64,000 nucleotides of DNA from Candidatus Eiseniibacteriota bacterium (GTDB lineage: Bacteria; Eisenbacteria; RBG-16-71-46). A program made the translations under genes and the position numbers. The stretch covers positions 1,312,001 through 1,376,000 of the forward strand of contig CAVSAC010000014.1 in assembly GCA_963725865.1 (NCBI GenBank), in the 5' to 3' direction. The notes under the pieces are model-generated. The model worked only from the letters and a program-made list of their open reading frames with translations, did no database searches and was not told where the DNA came from. Shown here one piece after another: positions 10,703 to 20,172 of this stretch. How positions within the stretch are numbered: the first letter of the stretch is position 1; each line of letters opens with the position of its first letter.

Positions 10703-11050
10703 TCATCCGGGGGCTCCCGCTGGTCGCGCCGGCACACCCAGCGTGCCGTCGACGATCTCGAGGAACGTGCGCTCCTCGCGCACGATGAAGCGCTGCTCGC
10801 GCGCGAACGCGAAGTTGGCGCGGCCGCCCGCGTCGGCCTTCAGCCGCGCGCGGTAGGCCTCGTAGGCGGCGAGCGAGTCGAACGCGATCACGCCCCAGGC
10901 GACGTCGTTGGTGCCTTCGTGCGGCAGGAAGTAGCCGACCAGGTGGCCACCACACGCCGGGATGATGCGCCCCCACTCCCGCGCGTAGCGCTCGAACGCG
11001 TCGCGCTGGAACGGGTCGATCTGGTAGCGGATGAAGCAGGTGATGGCCAT
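10703..11050 (-). CDS. NIPSNAP family protein
   Basis: [44 protein letters not shown]. Confidence 0.85.
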   Translation of the reverse strand: MAITCFIRYQIDPFQRDAFERYAREWGRIIPACGGHLVGYFLPHEGTNDVAWGVIAFDSLAAYEAYRARLKADAGGRANFAFAREQRFIVREERTFLEIVDGTLGVPARPAGAPG

Positions 11051-11216
11051 GCGGGCACTCCGATCGTGGTCGTTCGGTCGGCGAGGGACGCGGCCCGCGA
11101 GTCTGCACGCGTCGCCTCACGCGGTGGCCGGCGGCCGCGGCGCGCGGGCTGGAACTCCCGCGCCCCGCGGCGCCGACGTTGTCAGAGGCGACCGTAGCGG
11201 TTGGCGAGGGCGCTCG

Positions 11217-11236
11217 GCTTCGACGGTGGTCGAAGC
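11217..11236. promoter_or_regulatory. Perfect palindrome GCTTCGAC-N4-GTCGAAGC, candidate operator upstream of the NIPSNAP-ArsR genes
   Basis: 8-bp inverted arms lying about 20 nt upstream of a minus-strand TACGGT -10-like hexamer (11191-11196). Confidence 0.55.
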
Positions 11237-11320
11237 ATGCCTCGCGTGGAGGTGAATCGCGCCCGGGGGGCGGGCGCCGCGCCACTCCGCGCCGGCCCGC
11301 GATGTGCCGCGGTCCCTCCT

Positions 11321-11749
11321 CTACGTCCGGGCAGGGCGAAGCGAGCGCCCGCTCGAGTCGGCGGGCGGCGCTGAGGGGAGCGAGTCGAGCTCCGCGCGCC
11401 GGAAGACGTAAGGCACGCTCGACCACGTCGTGGTGAGCGGTCCGATCTCGCGCTGCTCCCTGAACTCGATCGCGATCTCGCGGAGCCTGACACCTTCGGG
11501 GTAGTGATCCCGGGCGAAGCGCGCCATCCGGCGTGCCCGCTCCGACCGGGCGGCACCCTCGAGTGACCACAGCGGGCCCCGCCCGAGCGTGATCGTCAGC
11601 CGGCCGCCCGAGTGCACGGTGACGCGCACCTGCGGCTCGCCGAACTCCTGGCGGATCGCCGCGACCAGCTTGAGCATGTCGCCGATCGGCGCACAGGACG
11701 TCGCGAGCAGCAGCGCGAGCAGCAGGCCCCGAGAACCCCGGCGCTTCAT
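11321..11749 (-). CDS. Hypothetical lipoprotein
   Basis: MKRRGSRGLLLALLLATSC lipobox-like signal; GGAGG-like SD. Confidence 0.6.
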   Translation of the reverse strand: MKRRGSRGLLLALLLATSCAPIGDMLKLVAAIRQEFGEPQVRVTVHSGGRLTITLGRGPLWSLEGAARSERARRMARFARDHYPEGVRLREIAIEFREQREIGPLTTTWSSVPYVFRRAELDSLPSAPPADSSGRSLRPART

Positions 11750-11792
11750 GGCGAGTTCCTCCCCGATCGTCGCGTGCCCCGTGCGCCCCCGC

Positions 11793-13418
11793 TCAGCCGG
11801 TCTCGGCCGGGACGGCGATCGCGGCCAGCATACTCTCGCGCTGCTGCTCGACGTCGCGCCCGGCGGGGTCGAGGCGCGACCACCACCACGCCATCACCGC
11901 CAGCGCCAGCATCACACCGGCGCCGGCGCCGGCGAGCGCCTTCAGCTCGGCCGGCGCGGCGCGCATCGCGAGCCAGCGCGCCAGCGCGAGCACGCCGAGG
12001 GTGCCGAAGATCACCAGCACCTGCAGCAGTCCGCTCAGGACGCGATACGGCGAGTTCACGCGCCCGCGCGCGTCCACCCGCACCGGGTGGTGGACCGAGA
12101 CGTGGTGGCCCACCACCAGGCTCGCGAGCACCACGCACAGCCCCCAGGCGATCAGTTCCACGCCGACCGGCCCCACCACCGGGCGGCCGGCGACCCCGAG
12201 CGCCGCCACCAGGATCGCGAGCGTGAATCCGAACTGCAGCGCCACCCCGAGGTCCTTCGCGAGCACCAGCGCGCGGCCGGTGAACGGCAGCAGGAACAGC
12301 AGGCGCAGCCCCTCGCGCTCGGCGCCGAACAGGCTGAGCGTAAGGCTCTGCACCTGGATGCTCAGCCCGATCGCGATGTAGGGCCCCATCATCTCGAGCA
12401 TCCGGCGGTCGAGCGTGCGGAACATGAACACCACGAACGCGGCGTACACCAGGTAGCCGAACAGCTGCGTGCCGCGCATCAGCAGCGCGACCTCGCGCTC
12501 GGCCAGCAGCGCGACCGGCGGCGGCAGCAGCGCGCGCAGCGGGCGCCATCCGTGGCCGTCGTCGCGGCGCCGCGGCGCGCGCGCGGGTGGCGCGGTCTCG
12601 CGGCCGAGTGCGGCGCGCTGCGCGATGCGCCAGCCCGCCTCGAGCAGTACCGCGAACAGCGCGAGCGAGCCGAGCAGCGCGAGCAGCGCCGCGCCCCAGC
12701 GATGATCGAGCGCCGAGGTCGCGATCGCCGACGGCCACGAAGCGGTCGGCATCGCGGGCCCGAGCAGCGCGGCCGCGCGGTCGACGAGTCCCGGCGCGTC
12801 GGGGCGCAGGCGGTCGAGCAGCGGCTTCACCTGGTCGCGCAGCAACAGGTAGATCACGTAGCCGCCGCCGGCCAGCGTGGTGGCGATCGCCTCGTGCACC
12901 AGCCGCAGCCAGCGCATCCGGCGCAGGTCGAGCACCACCACCAGCACCAGTTGGAGCAGCGCGCCGGTGATCGCGAGCAGCAGCACCATCGCCAGCGCAG
13001 CCATCACGCCGGCCAGCCAGCCGCCGCGCGCGGTCGCGGCCACCACGGTCGCCAGCAGCTCGGGCAGCACGAACAGGGCGGGCGGCTCGATCAGCGCGAA
13101 CACGATGCCGACCGCGTGCACCTTCCGCGGGTGGACCGGGAAGCGCAGCATGCGGCGCATGTCGAACGCCTCGCTGAACGCGTTCGAGATCACCACCAGC
13201 ACCACCCACATGAGCTGCGCCAGCGCGAACGCCACCAGCAGCGCGTGCCCGCCGAGCGTGCGGACGCCCACCATCGTGAGCGCGGCGGCGCCGAGCCACA
13301 CCGGCGACAGCATGGCGACCGAGAGCACCACCAGCATCAGGATCGGGATGCGGCGCTTGGGCGGGATCGCGCGCCACCACAGCAGCGCCTTGACCGCGAG
13401 CAGGCCGCGCAGCGTCAC
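11793..13418 (-). CDS. ABC-2 type exporter permease (multi-TM)
   Basis: Many hydrophobic helices and a SLFGAEREGLRLLFLLP motif; GTG start overlaps the ATPase stop (GTGA). Confidence 0.75.
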   Translation of the reverse strand: MTLRGLLAVKALLWWRAIPPKRRIPILMLVVLSVAMLSPVWLGAAALTMVGVRTLGGHALLVAFALAQLMWVVLVVISNAFSEAFDMRRMLRFPVHPRKVHAVGIVFALIEPPALFVLPELLATVVAATARGGWLAGVMAALAMVLLLAITGALLQLVLVVVLDLRRMRWLRLVHEAIATTLAGGGYVIYLLLRDQVKPLLDRLRPDAPGLVDRAAALLGPAMPTASWPSAIATSALDHRWGAALLALLGSLALFAVLLEAGWRIAQRAALGRETAPPARAPRRRDDGHGWRPLRALLPPPVALLAEREVALLMRGTQLFGYLVYAAFVVFMFRTLDRRMLEMMGPYIAIGLSIQVQSLTLSLFGAEREGLRLLFLLPFTGRALVLAKDLGVALQFGFTLAILVAALGVAGRPVVGPVGVELIAWGLCVVLASLVVGHHVSVHHPVRVDARGRVNSPYRVLSGLLQVLVIFGTLGVLALARWLAMRAAPAELKALAGAGAGVMLALAVMAWWWSRLDPAGRDVEQQRESMLAAIAVPAETG

Positions 13419-14200
13419 GAGCCGAGCCAGTCGAGCGTGGCCGCGCTGCGCTCGGGGGCGCCCACGCGCTCGAGGAACAACGCCTCGAGCGAGCGCGGCG
13501 CGCCGTCGGGGCCGCGGCGCAGCGCGTCGAGCGCCCCGCTCGCCACCAGCCGCCCGCCGGCGATGATGCCGACGTGGGTGCACAGTCGCTCGACGGTCTC
13601 GAGCACGTGCGAGGTGAGGAACACGGTCGCGTGCCCGCTCGCCACGACGCGCTGCAGCAGCTCGCGGATGTGCGAGGTGGCGATCGCGTCGATGCCCTCG
13701 AACGGCTCGTCGAGGAACAGCAGGCGCGGGTTGTGGATCAGCGCGCACGCGAGCCCGAGCTTCTTGCGCATGCCGTGCGAGTACTCGCTCACCAGCCGGC
13801 GCGCGTCGCCCGCCAGCCCGAGCGCGTCGAGCAGCTCGTCGCTGCGGCGCGCCGCGGTCGCGCGGTCGAGCCCGTAGGCCTCGCCGACGAAGCGCAGGTG
13901 CTCGACGCCGTTCAGGCGCTCGAACAGGTAGAGCCCGTCGGGCACCACGCCGATGCGGCGCCGCAGCTCGATCGGGTCGCGCGCCACGTCCACGCCGAGC
14001 ACCGTCGCGGTGCCGCGCGTCGGCGCCAGCAGCCCGGTGAGGATGTTGATGGTGGTCGACTTGCCCGCGCCGTTGGGACCCAGGAACCCGTAGAACGAGC
14101 CGGTGGGCACGTCGAGGTCGAGATCGCTCACCGCGAGCGTGCCGCCGAAGGCGCGCGTGAGCCCGCGGGTCTGGATCACGAACGGGCCGGGCGATTCCAT
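13415..14200 (-). CDS. ABC transporter ATP-binding protein
   Basis: GPNGAGKS Walker A, YSHGM signature, LLFLDEP Walker B, TSH motif. Confidence 0.92.
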   Translation of the reverse strand: MESPGPFVIQTRGLTRAFGGTLAVSDLDLDVPTGSFYGFLGPNGAGKSTTINILTGLLAPTRGTATVLGVDVARDPIELRRRIGVVPDGLYLFERLNGVEHLRFVGEAYGLDRATAARRSDELLDALGLAGDARRLVSEYSHGMRKKLGLACALIHNPRLLFLDEPFEGIDAIATSHIRELLQRVVASGHATVFLTSHVLETVERLCTHVGIIAGGRLVASGALDALRRGPDGAPRSLEALFLERVGAPERSAATLDWLGS

Positions 14201-14320
14201 GCGCGCTCCGAGCGATGGCGACGACGGTCGAGGGGCTGCGGACCGCGCGAATCTACGGAGCCGCGCGCGCAGCGTCCAGCGCGAAGGCGGGCGGGGAGTC
14301 CGCGCGGGCCGCGCCGGCGA

Positions 14321-14349
14321 TTGACCGCCGCCGCGCGCGCCGCCAGACT
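14321..14349 (+). promoter_or_regulatory. Sigma70-like promoter of the M48 peptidase gene
   Basis: TTGACC-N17-CAGACT. Confidence 0.5.
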
Positions 14350-14382
14350 GCGCGCGGGCCTTCGTCACCGTCGAGGTCGAAC

Positions 14383-16260
14383 ATGGACGCCGCCGCATTC
14401 GCCGAGCTGGTCGAGCGCTATCGCGCGGAATCCGAGTTCCATCCCACCGGCTACCGGCTGCGCGTCGCGGGCCTCGTGGCACTCGGCTACGGCTACGTGG
14501 TGATGGTGTTCGTGCTGCTGCTGGTGCTGGCGCTGGGATTGGTGGTGCTGGCCGCGACGCAGCACACGGCGTTGTGGCTCGCGATCAAGATCGCGATCCC
14601 GATCGGCGCGCTCGCGTTCGCCGCCGCGCGCTCGCTGTGGGTGACCATCCCCGAGCCCGCGGGCGCCGAGCTGGAGTCCGATGCGGCGCCGCGCCTGGCG
14701 TCGCTGATCGACGAGGTGCGCGTGCAGGTCGGCGCGCCCCCGCTGCACCGCGTGAAGGTGACCGGCGATTTCAACGCGGGCGTGGCCTCGATGCCGCGCT
14801 TCGGGCTGCTCGGCGGCAGCCGCCACGTGCTGCTGCTGGGCCTGCCGCTGCTGCAGGCACTCACACCCGATCAACTGCGCGCGGTGCTCGCGCACGAGTT
14901 CGGCCACCTCTCGCACGCGCACGGGCGCTTCGGCGCGTTCGTGTACGGCATGCGCCGCACCTGGTCCAGCCTGCTCGAGCGGCTCGGGCAGGAGCGGCGC
15001 TGGGGCCAGGGCGTGTTCACCGCGTTCGTGCGCTGGTACGCGCCCTACTTCAACGCCAGCACCTTCGTGCTGGCGCGCGCGCAGGAATACGAGGCCGACC
15101 GCACGAGCGCCGACGCCACGTCGCCGGCGACCGCCGCGGGCACGCTGGCGCGCATCGCCACCGTCGACGCTCAGTTGCGCGAGGACTTCTGGCCCGCGGT
15201 GTTCCGCGACGTCAGCCGCGACGCGGAGCCGCCCGCGCGGGTGTTCGCGCGCATGGGCGCCACGCTCGCCGGTCCGGTCCGCATCGACGCGCAGCAGCGC
15301 TGGCTGGCGAACGCGCAGGCCGAGGCGACCGGGCTGGGCGACACCCATCCGTCGCTTCGCGACCGCCTGCTCGCGCTCGGCTTCGATCGTCCGCCGCTGC
15401 CGGCCGCGCCGTTCTCGCCCGCGCAGTCCGCGGCGAGCCTGCTCGGCGGCGCCGAGCCGGTGCTGGTCGAGGCGCTCAGCACCGACTGGTGCGGCGCGGT
15501 GCGGCACGACTGGCGCGTGCGGCACCACGAAGTCGGCGAGGCGCGCGCGAAGCTGGCGGAGTTCGAGGCGCAGGCGGCCGCCGGGCCGCTGCCGAGTGCC
15601 GCGCGCCTGCAGCACGCGCTGCTGTGCTTCCGCCTGGATGGCCCGGAGCGCGCGCGGCCGCTGCTCGAGACCCTGCTGGCCGAGGAGCCCACGCTGGCGC
15701 CCGTGATCTTCCTCACCGGACAGGCGCGGCTCGCGATGGGCGAGGAGTCCGGGCTCGCGCTGCTCGAGCGCACGCTCGAGCTGGACGATCAGGCGGTGGG
15801 CCCGGCGTGCGACGTGGCGATCGGGTTCCTGCTCGCGCGCGGGCGCCGCGAGGAGGCTGAGCGCTGGGCGACGCGCGCGCTCGAACGCCGGCACCTGCTC
15901 GGCGAGGTCCAAAAGGAGCGTGCGCGGCTGGTGCCCGGCGAGGCGTTCGACCCGCACGGCCTGCCCGCGGAAGCGGCGGAGCGCATCCGCGCGCGGCTGC
16001 AGGTGGACGAGGAGCTGGAAGCCGGCTACCTCGTGCGCCGCAGGGTCCGGCTGATGCCCGAGCGGCCCGCGCTGCTGTGTGCCATCCTGCCGCGCGCCCG
16101 GCGCCTCGGCGGCGGGACGCAGGCTCGCCTGCGCGCCGTCATGGAGACGATGGCCGCGGACGACGTCTTCCCGCCGGGCACGCTGTTCGTTGTGCTGGTC
16201 GGGAAGGCGCGCGCGTACGTCGCGGCGCTGGACGCGGTGCCCGGCGCGCGACTGCGCTGA
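14383..16260 (+). CDS. M48-family membrane zinc metallopeptidase with C-terminal TPR-like region
   Basis: N-terminal TMs, AVLAHEFGH (HExxH), QEYEAD and DTHPSLRDRL. Confidence 0.85.
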   Translation: MDAAAFAELVERYRAESEFHPTGYRLRVAGLVALGYGYVVMVFVLLLVLALGLVVLAATQHTALWLAIKIAIPIGALAFAAARSLWVTIPEPAGAELESDAAPRLASLIDEVRVQVGAPPLHRVKVTGDFNAGVASMPRFGLLGGSRHVLLLGLPLLQALTPDQLRAVLAHEFGHLSHAHGRFGAFVYGMRRTWSSLLERLGQERRWGQGVFTAFVRWYAPYFNASTFVLARAQEYEADRTSADATSPATAAGTLARIATVDAQLREDFWPAVFRDVSRDAEPPARVFARMGATLAGPVRIDAQQRWLANAQAEATGLGDTHPSLRDRLLALGFDRPPLPAAPFSPAQSAASLLGGAEPVLVEALSTDWCGAVRHDWRVRHHEVGEARAKLAEFEAQAAAGPLPSAARLQHALLCFRLDGPERARPLLETLLAEEPTLAPVIFLTGQARLAMGEESGLALLERTLELDDQAVGPACDVAIGFLLARGRREEAERWATRALERRHLLGEVQKERARLVPGEAFDPHGLPAEAAERIRARLQVDEELEAGYLVRRRVRLMPERPALLCAILPRARRLGGGTQARLRAVMETMAADDVFPPGTLFVVLVGKARAYVAALDAVPGARLR

Positions 16261-16264
16261 GGCG

Positions 16265-17422
16265 CTAGGTGATCATCACCGCGATCGGGGCGTGATCGCT
16301 CGCGCGGCCGGGGCCGTCGAGGCCCTGCACCGTGACGCCGCTTCCGCCGCGCCAGCCGCGGCCCGCGAACCAGTCGAGCCGCAGCGTGCCGCGCCCTTCG
16401 GCCCACTTCAGCGCCGGCGCGACCGCGTGTCGCAATGCCGCGGGCAGCTCGTGCACCTCGTCGAGGCGATCGAGCCGCAACGCGAGCGTGGGCCGGAAGT
16501 CCACGAACGGCTCCCACTCGAATCCGCCGGCGCGCAGCGCGTCGAACAGCGGCTCGTGAAACAGCCCGCGGTCGGGTCGCAGCAGCCGCGCGCGCAGCGC
16601 GCCGCCCGGCCAGGTGAGCAGCGAGGCGCCGCCGGTGAACGGCGTGTGCCAGAGCCCGCGATCGAACGTGTGGGTGTTGAAGTCGCCCGCCAGCAACACC
16701 GGGCGCTGTTCCCCGCGCAGCGCGTCGACGATCACGCGCACCTGCGCGGCGCGGTGCTCGCGGGTGCGGTGCACCTCGAGGTGAGCGCTCACCGCGACGA
16801 ACGGAGCGCCGGGCCTCTGCACCTCGGCGATCAGCGCGACGTGGCGGCCAACCATGCGCTCGATGTCGAACTGGAGCCGCTCGGGGCTCGGCAGCTCGAC
16901 CACGCGCACCGCGCCGAACGGCCAGCGCGACAGGATCGCGAGCCCGAACAGCGACTCCTGATTCGGGCGCCCGGCCGCCATGCGCGAATCGTCGTCGCGG
17001 CCCGGCGTGGTCTCGAGGAACAGCGGCGCCCACACGCCATGGCGGTTCAACGCGGCGGCCAGGTCCGCGGTGACGTCGCGATTGCCGGCGCGCGCCATGC
17101 CCAGGTCGATCTCGTTGAACAGCAGCACGTCCGCATCGGCCAGATCCGGATCGGTGAGCAGCGCGCCTTCGACCTGGTCGTACCAGTTGCCGTGCTCGAT
17201 GTTCCAATGCACGGCGCGCAGGTGCGCCGGATCGCGCGAGGGTGCGGGCGGCGTCGTGGGCGCGTGGTGGTGCAGCGCGCCGAACAGTCGGGCGAAGCGC
17301 GGCGCGAGTTCGGCGCGCCAGAGCGCCGAGGCGCGCAGCTCGGCGAGCGTGCGGAACGGCGCCACCGCCTGCTGCAGCGCGTGGCATTCCGCGATCAGCG
17401 CCGGATCGCGCGGGGCGCTCAC
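16265..17422 (-). CDS. Endonuclease/exonuclease/phosphatase family protein
   Basis: WNIEHG, LLFNEID, GLAILSRWP, AHLE, AGDFN, RLDW and SDHAP motifs. Confidence 0.85.
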   Translation of the reverse strand: MSAPRDPALIAECHALQQAVAPFRTLAELRASALWRAELAPRFARLFGALHHHAPTTPPAPSRDPAHLRAVHWNIEHGNWYDQVEGALLTDPDLADADVLLFNEIDLGMARAGNRDVTADLAAALNRHGVWAPLFLETTPGRDDDSRMAAGRPNQESLFGLAILSRWPFGAVRVVELPSPERLQFDIERMVGRHVALIAEVQRPGAPFVAVSAHLEVHRTREHRAAQVRVIVDALRGEQRPVLLAGDFNTHTFDRGLWHTPFTGGASLLTWPGGALRARLLRPDRGLFHEPLFDALRAGGFEWEPFVDFRPTLALRLDRLDEVHELPAALRHAVAPALKWAEGRGTLRLDWFAGRGWRGGSGVTVQGLDGPGRASDHAPIAVMIT

Positions 17423-17513
17423 GGGCGGGCCGCCGGCGCGCTATGCGGTGGCGGAACGCCGCGAGCCGGCGCGCTGCGCGTTGGCCGGAGGGGGCGGGGC
17501 GCTGCGCTGCGGG

Positions 17514-17891
17514 TCACTTCTTCCCTCGCGTCGCGATCCACACCGCCAGCGTCCAGGTCGGCACCAGGTCGACGCCCGGCACGATCTCGGCGATGAACGC
17601 GGGCAGGAACGCCCAGTGCCAGCCGACCAGGCGGACCATCACCGCGGCGACGGCCAGGTCCAGCACGTCGTCGACCGGCGAGGCGACGCCCAGCATGAAC
17701 AGCGGCCACAGCACCCACTGGATCAGGTCGGCGACCGCGGCGATCGCCAGCGCGACGCCGAACCGGCGGCGGCGGACGCGGCCGCCGGGCGTCGCGGCGG
17801 GCGGCGGCGCGGCCGGCGCCGGCGCCTCGCCCGGGGACGGGGCGGCGCCGCGCGGCATGCGCTCGGGCTCCAGATCCTCGATGTCGCTCAT
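17514..17891 (-). CDS. Small hypothetical membrane protein
   Basis: AAGGAG SD; hydrophobic C-terminal half (WHWAFLPAFIAEIVPGVDLVPTWT). Confidence 0.65.
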   Translation of the reverse strand: MSDIEDLEPERMPRGAAPSPGEAPAPAAPPPAATPGGRVRRRRFGVALAIAAVADLIQWVLWPLFMLGVASPVDDVLDLAVAAVMVRLVGWHWAFLPAFIAEIVPGVDLVPTWTLAVWIATRGKK

Positions 17892-17910
17892 GTCCGGGCT
17901 CCTTCGCCGC

Positions 17911-19983
17911 TCAGCGCGCCAGGCCCACGCAGGCCAGCAGGAAGGCATAGTCGAGTGCCACGTCGCGCAGCGCGTCGTAGCGTCCCGACGAGCCGCCGTG
18001 CCCGCCGGCCATGTTGACGTGCAGCAGCAGCGGCTCGCGGTCGGTGCGCAGCGTGCGCAGGCGCGCGACGTACTTGGCCGGCTCCCAGTACATCACCTGG
18101 CTGTCGTTCAGCGAGGTCTTGAGCAGCATCGCCGGATAGGCGCGCGCCGCGAGGTTCTCGTACGGCGAGTACGCGCGGATGCGCGCGTAGTCGGCGGGCT
18201 GCGCGGGATCGCCCCACTCCTCGTACTCGCCGACCGTGAGCGGCAGCGTGGGGTCGCTCATGCTGTTCAGCACGTCGACGAACGGCACCTGGGCGAGCGC
18301 CGCGCGGAACAGCTCGGGCCGCCGGTTGAGCACCGCGCCCACCAGCAGCCCGCCGGCGCTGCCACCCTGGATCACCAGCCGGTCGGGCGCGGTGGTGCCG
18401 TCGCGCACGAGATGCTCGGCGCAGGCGATGAAGTCGGTGAACGTGTTCGACTTCGCCGCCATGCGCCCGCCGTCGTGCCAGGGCTTGCCCAGCTCGCCGC
18501 CGCCGCGCACGTGGGCGAGCGCGAACACCATCCCGCGGTCGACCAGGCTCAGCCGCGTCGAGCTGAACGCGGCGCTCATCGGGATGCCGTACGCGCCGTA
18601 GCCGTACAGCAGCAGTGGCGCCGGGCCGGCCGCCAGGTCCGCGCGGCGCATCAGCGACACCGGGACGCGCGTGCCGTCGTCCGCGGCGATCCAGCGCCGC
18701 TCGACCGCGTAACGGGTCGGATCGAACCCTCCCTTCACGATCGTCTGCTTGAGCAGCGTGCGCTCGCGGGTGCCAAGGTCGTAGTCGAACACCGAGGTGG
18801 GGGTGACGAACGAGCTGTACTGGAACCGGAACGTGGTGGTCGACCACTCGGCGTTGGGCGCGCCGTACAGCGCGTACGCGGGCTCCGGGAACTCCACGCG
18901 GTGGGTGGCGTCGTCGCGCAGGTCGGCGACCTCGAGCACCTCGAGCCCGTCCGCGCGCAGCCACAGCACGCGATGGTGCTCGAACAGCTCGAGCCCCTCG
19001 ATCATGGTGTCGGCGCGGTGCGCGATCTCCTCGCGCCAGTGCGCGGGCCCGGGGGTCGCCACCGGGGCCGACACCAGCCGGAAGTTGCGCCCGGTGTCGT
19101 TCACCCGGATCCAGAACCGATCGCCGCGGTGGTCCAGGTCCATCTCGCGGTCGGCGACCCGCGGCGCCACCAGCGTCCACGCCGCCTCCGGCGTGGCGGC
19201 GTCCAGCACCCGCACCTCGGAGGTCGTGTGGCTCGCCGTGGTCATCACCAGGAAGCGCCGGCTGCGGGTGCGCCGGCACGACAGCTCGAACCGCGCGTCG
19301 GGCTCCTCGTGGACCAGCACGTCCTCGCTCGCCGGCGCGCCGAGGCGATGCCGGTAGAGCCGGTGGTGGCGCTTGGCGTGGTCCTCGACGGTGTAGAACA
19401 GCGTGCGCCCATCGGCCGCCCACGTGAGGCTCGCGCTCTTCTCGATCGCCTCGGGGCCGTGCTCGCCGGTCTCGAGGTCCTTCACGCGCAGCACGTACTG
19501 GCGGAAGCCGGTGGTGTCGAGCCCGTACGCCATGAAGCGCCCGTCGTCGCTCACCGCGACGTCGCTCACCGCCACGAACGCGTGCTCCTGGCCCAGTTCG
19601 TTGAGATCGAGCATCACCTGCTCGGGCGCGTCGGGGTCGCGGCGGCGGCACAGGATCGGGTACTGCCGCCCCTCGACGGTGCGCGAGTAGTAGAGCCAGC
19701 CGTCCCGCCGATAGGGCACCGACAGGTCGGTCTGCTCGATGCGGCCGAGCATCTCCTGGTAGAGCGCCTCACGGAACTCCGTGAGCGGGCGCATCACCGC
19801 CTCGGTGTAGGCGTTCTCGGCGGCGAGGTGGGCGGCGACCTCGGGATCCTCCTTCGCGCGCATCCAGAAGTAGTCGTCGGCCAGCGTCTCGCCGTGGCGG
19901 GTCACCGGGTGGGGGATGCGGCGGGCGATCGGGGGCGCCGGCGAGAGGTCGAACGCGCGGGAGGCGAGGTCGGTGGATGGCAT
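17911..19983 (-). CDS. ptrB: Oligopeptidase B (S9A prolyl oligopeptidase family)
   Basis: DDYFWMR, YGYGAYG, HVRGGGELG, GGSAGG (Ser), NDSQV (Asp) and GHGGSSGRY (His). Confidence 0.92.
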   Translation of the reverse strand: MPSTDLASRAFDLSPAPPIARRIPHPVTRHGETLADDYFWMRAKEDPEVAAHLAAENAYTEAVMRPLTEFREALYQEMLGRIEQTDLSVPYRRDGWLYYSRTVEGRQYPILCRRRDPDAPEQVMLDLNELGQEHAFVAVSDVAVSDDGRFMAYGLDTTGFRQYVLRVKDLETGEHGPEAIEKSASLTWAADGRTLFYTVEDHAKRHHRLYRHRLGAPASEDVLVHEEPDARFELSCRRTRSRRFLVMTTASHTTSEVRVLDAATPEAAWTLVAPRVADREMDLDHRGDRFWIRVNDTGRNFRLVSAPVATPGPAHWREEIAHRADTMIEGLELFEHHRVLWLRADGLEVLEVADLRDDATHRVEFPEPAYALYGAPNAEWSTTTFRFQYSSFVTPTSVFDYDLGTRERTLLKQTIVKGGFDPTRYAVERRWIAADDGTRVPVSLMRRADLAAGPAPLLLYGYGAYGIPMSAAFSSTRLSLVDRGMVFALAHVRGGGELGKPWHDGGRMAAKSNTFTDFIACAEHLVRDGTTAPDRLVIQGGSAGGLLVGAVLNRRPELFRAALAQVPFVDVLNSMSDPTLPLTVGEYEEWGDPAQPADYARIRAYSPYENLAARAYPAMLLKTSLNDSQVMYWEPAKYVARLRTLRTDREPLLLHVNMAGGHGGSSGRYDALRDVALDYAFLLACVGLAR

Positions 19984-19992
19984 CGGAACGTC

Positions 19993-20022
19993 AAGCTAGG
20001 AGCGCGGCGCGGGCCCCGTCAA
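19993..20022 (-). promoter_or_regulatory. Sigma70-like promoter of ptrB
   Basis: Minus strand TTGACG-N18-TAGCTT, ending 9 nt before the ATG; no SD. Confidence 0.55.
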
Positions 20023-20172
20023 CCGTGCACCGGGGATGCCGCCCGGGCATCCAACCGCACACCCGCCGTCGCACCCGCGCGCGCCAGGCGGTAGACTCCC
20101 CGCCGACCCCGTCACGAGACCCGCCCGGAGCCGTGGCGGGACGCCACCCGACCCTCCAGGAGCACCCATCCG

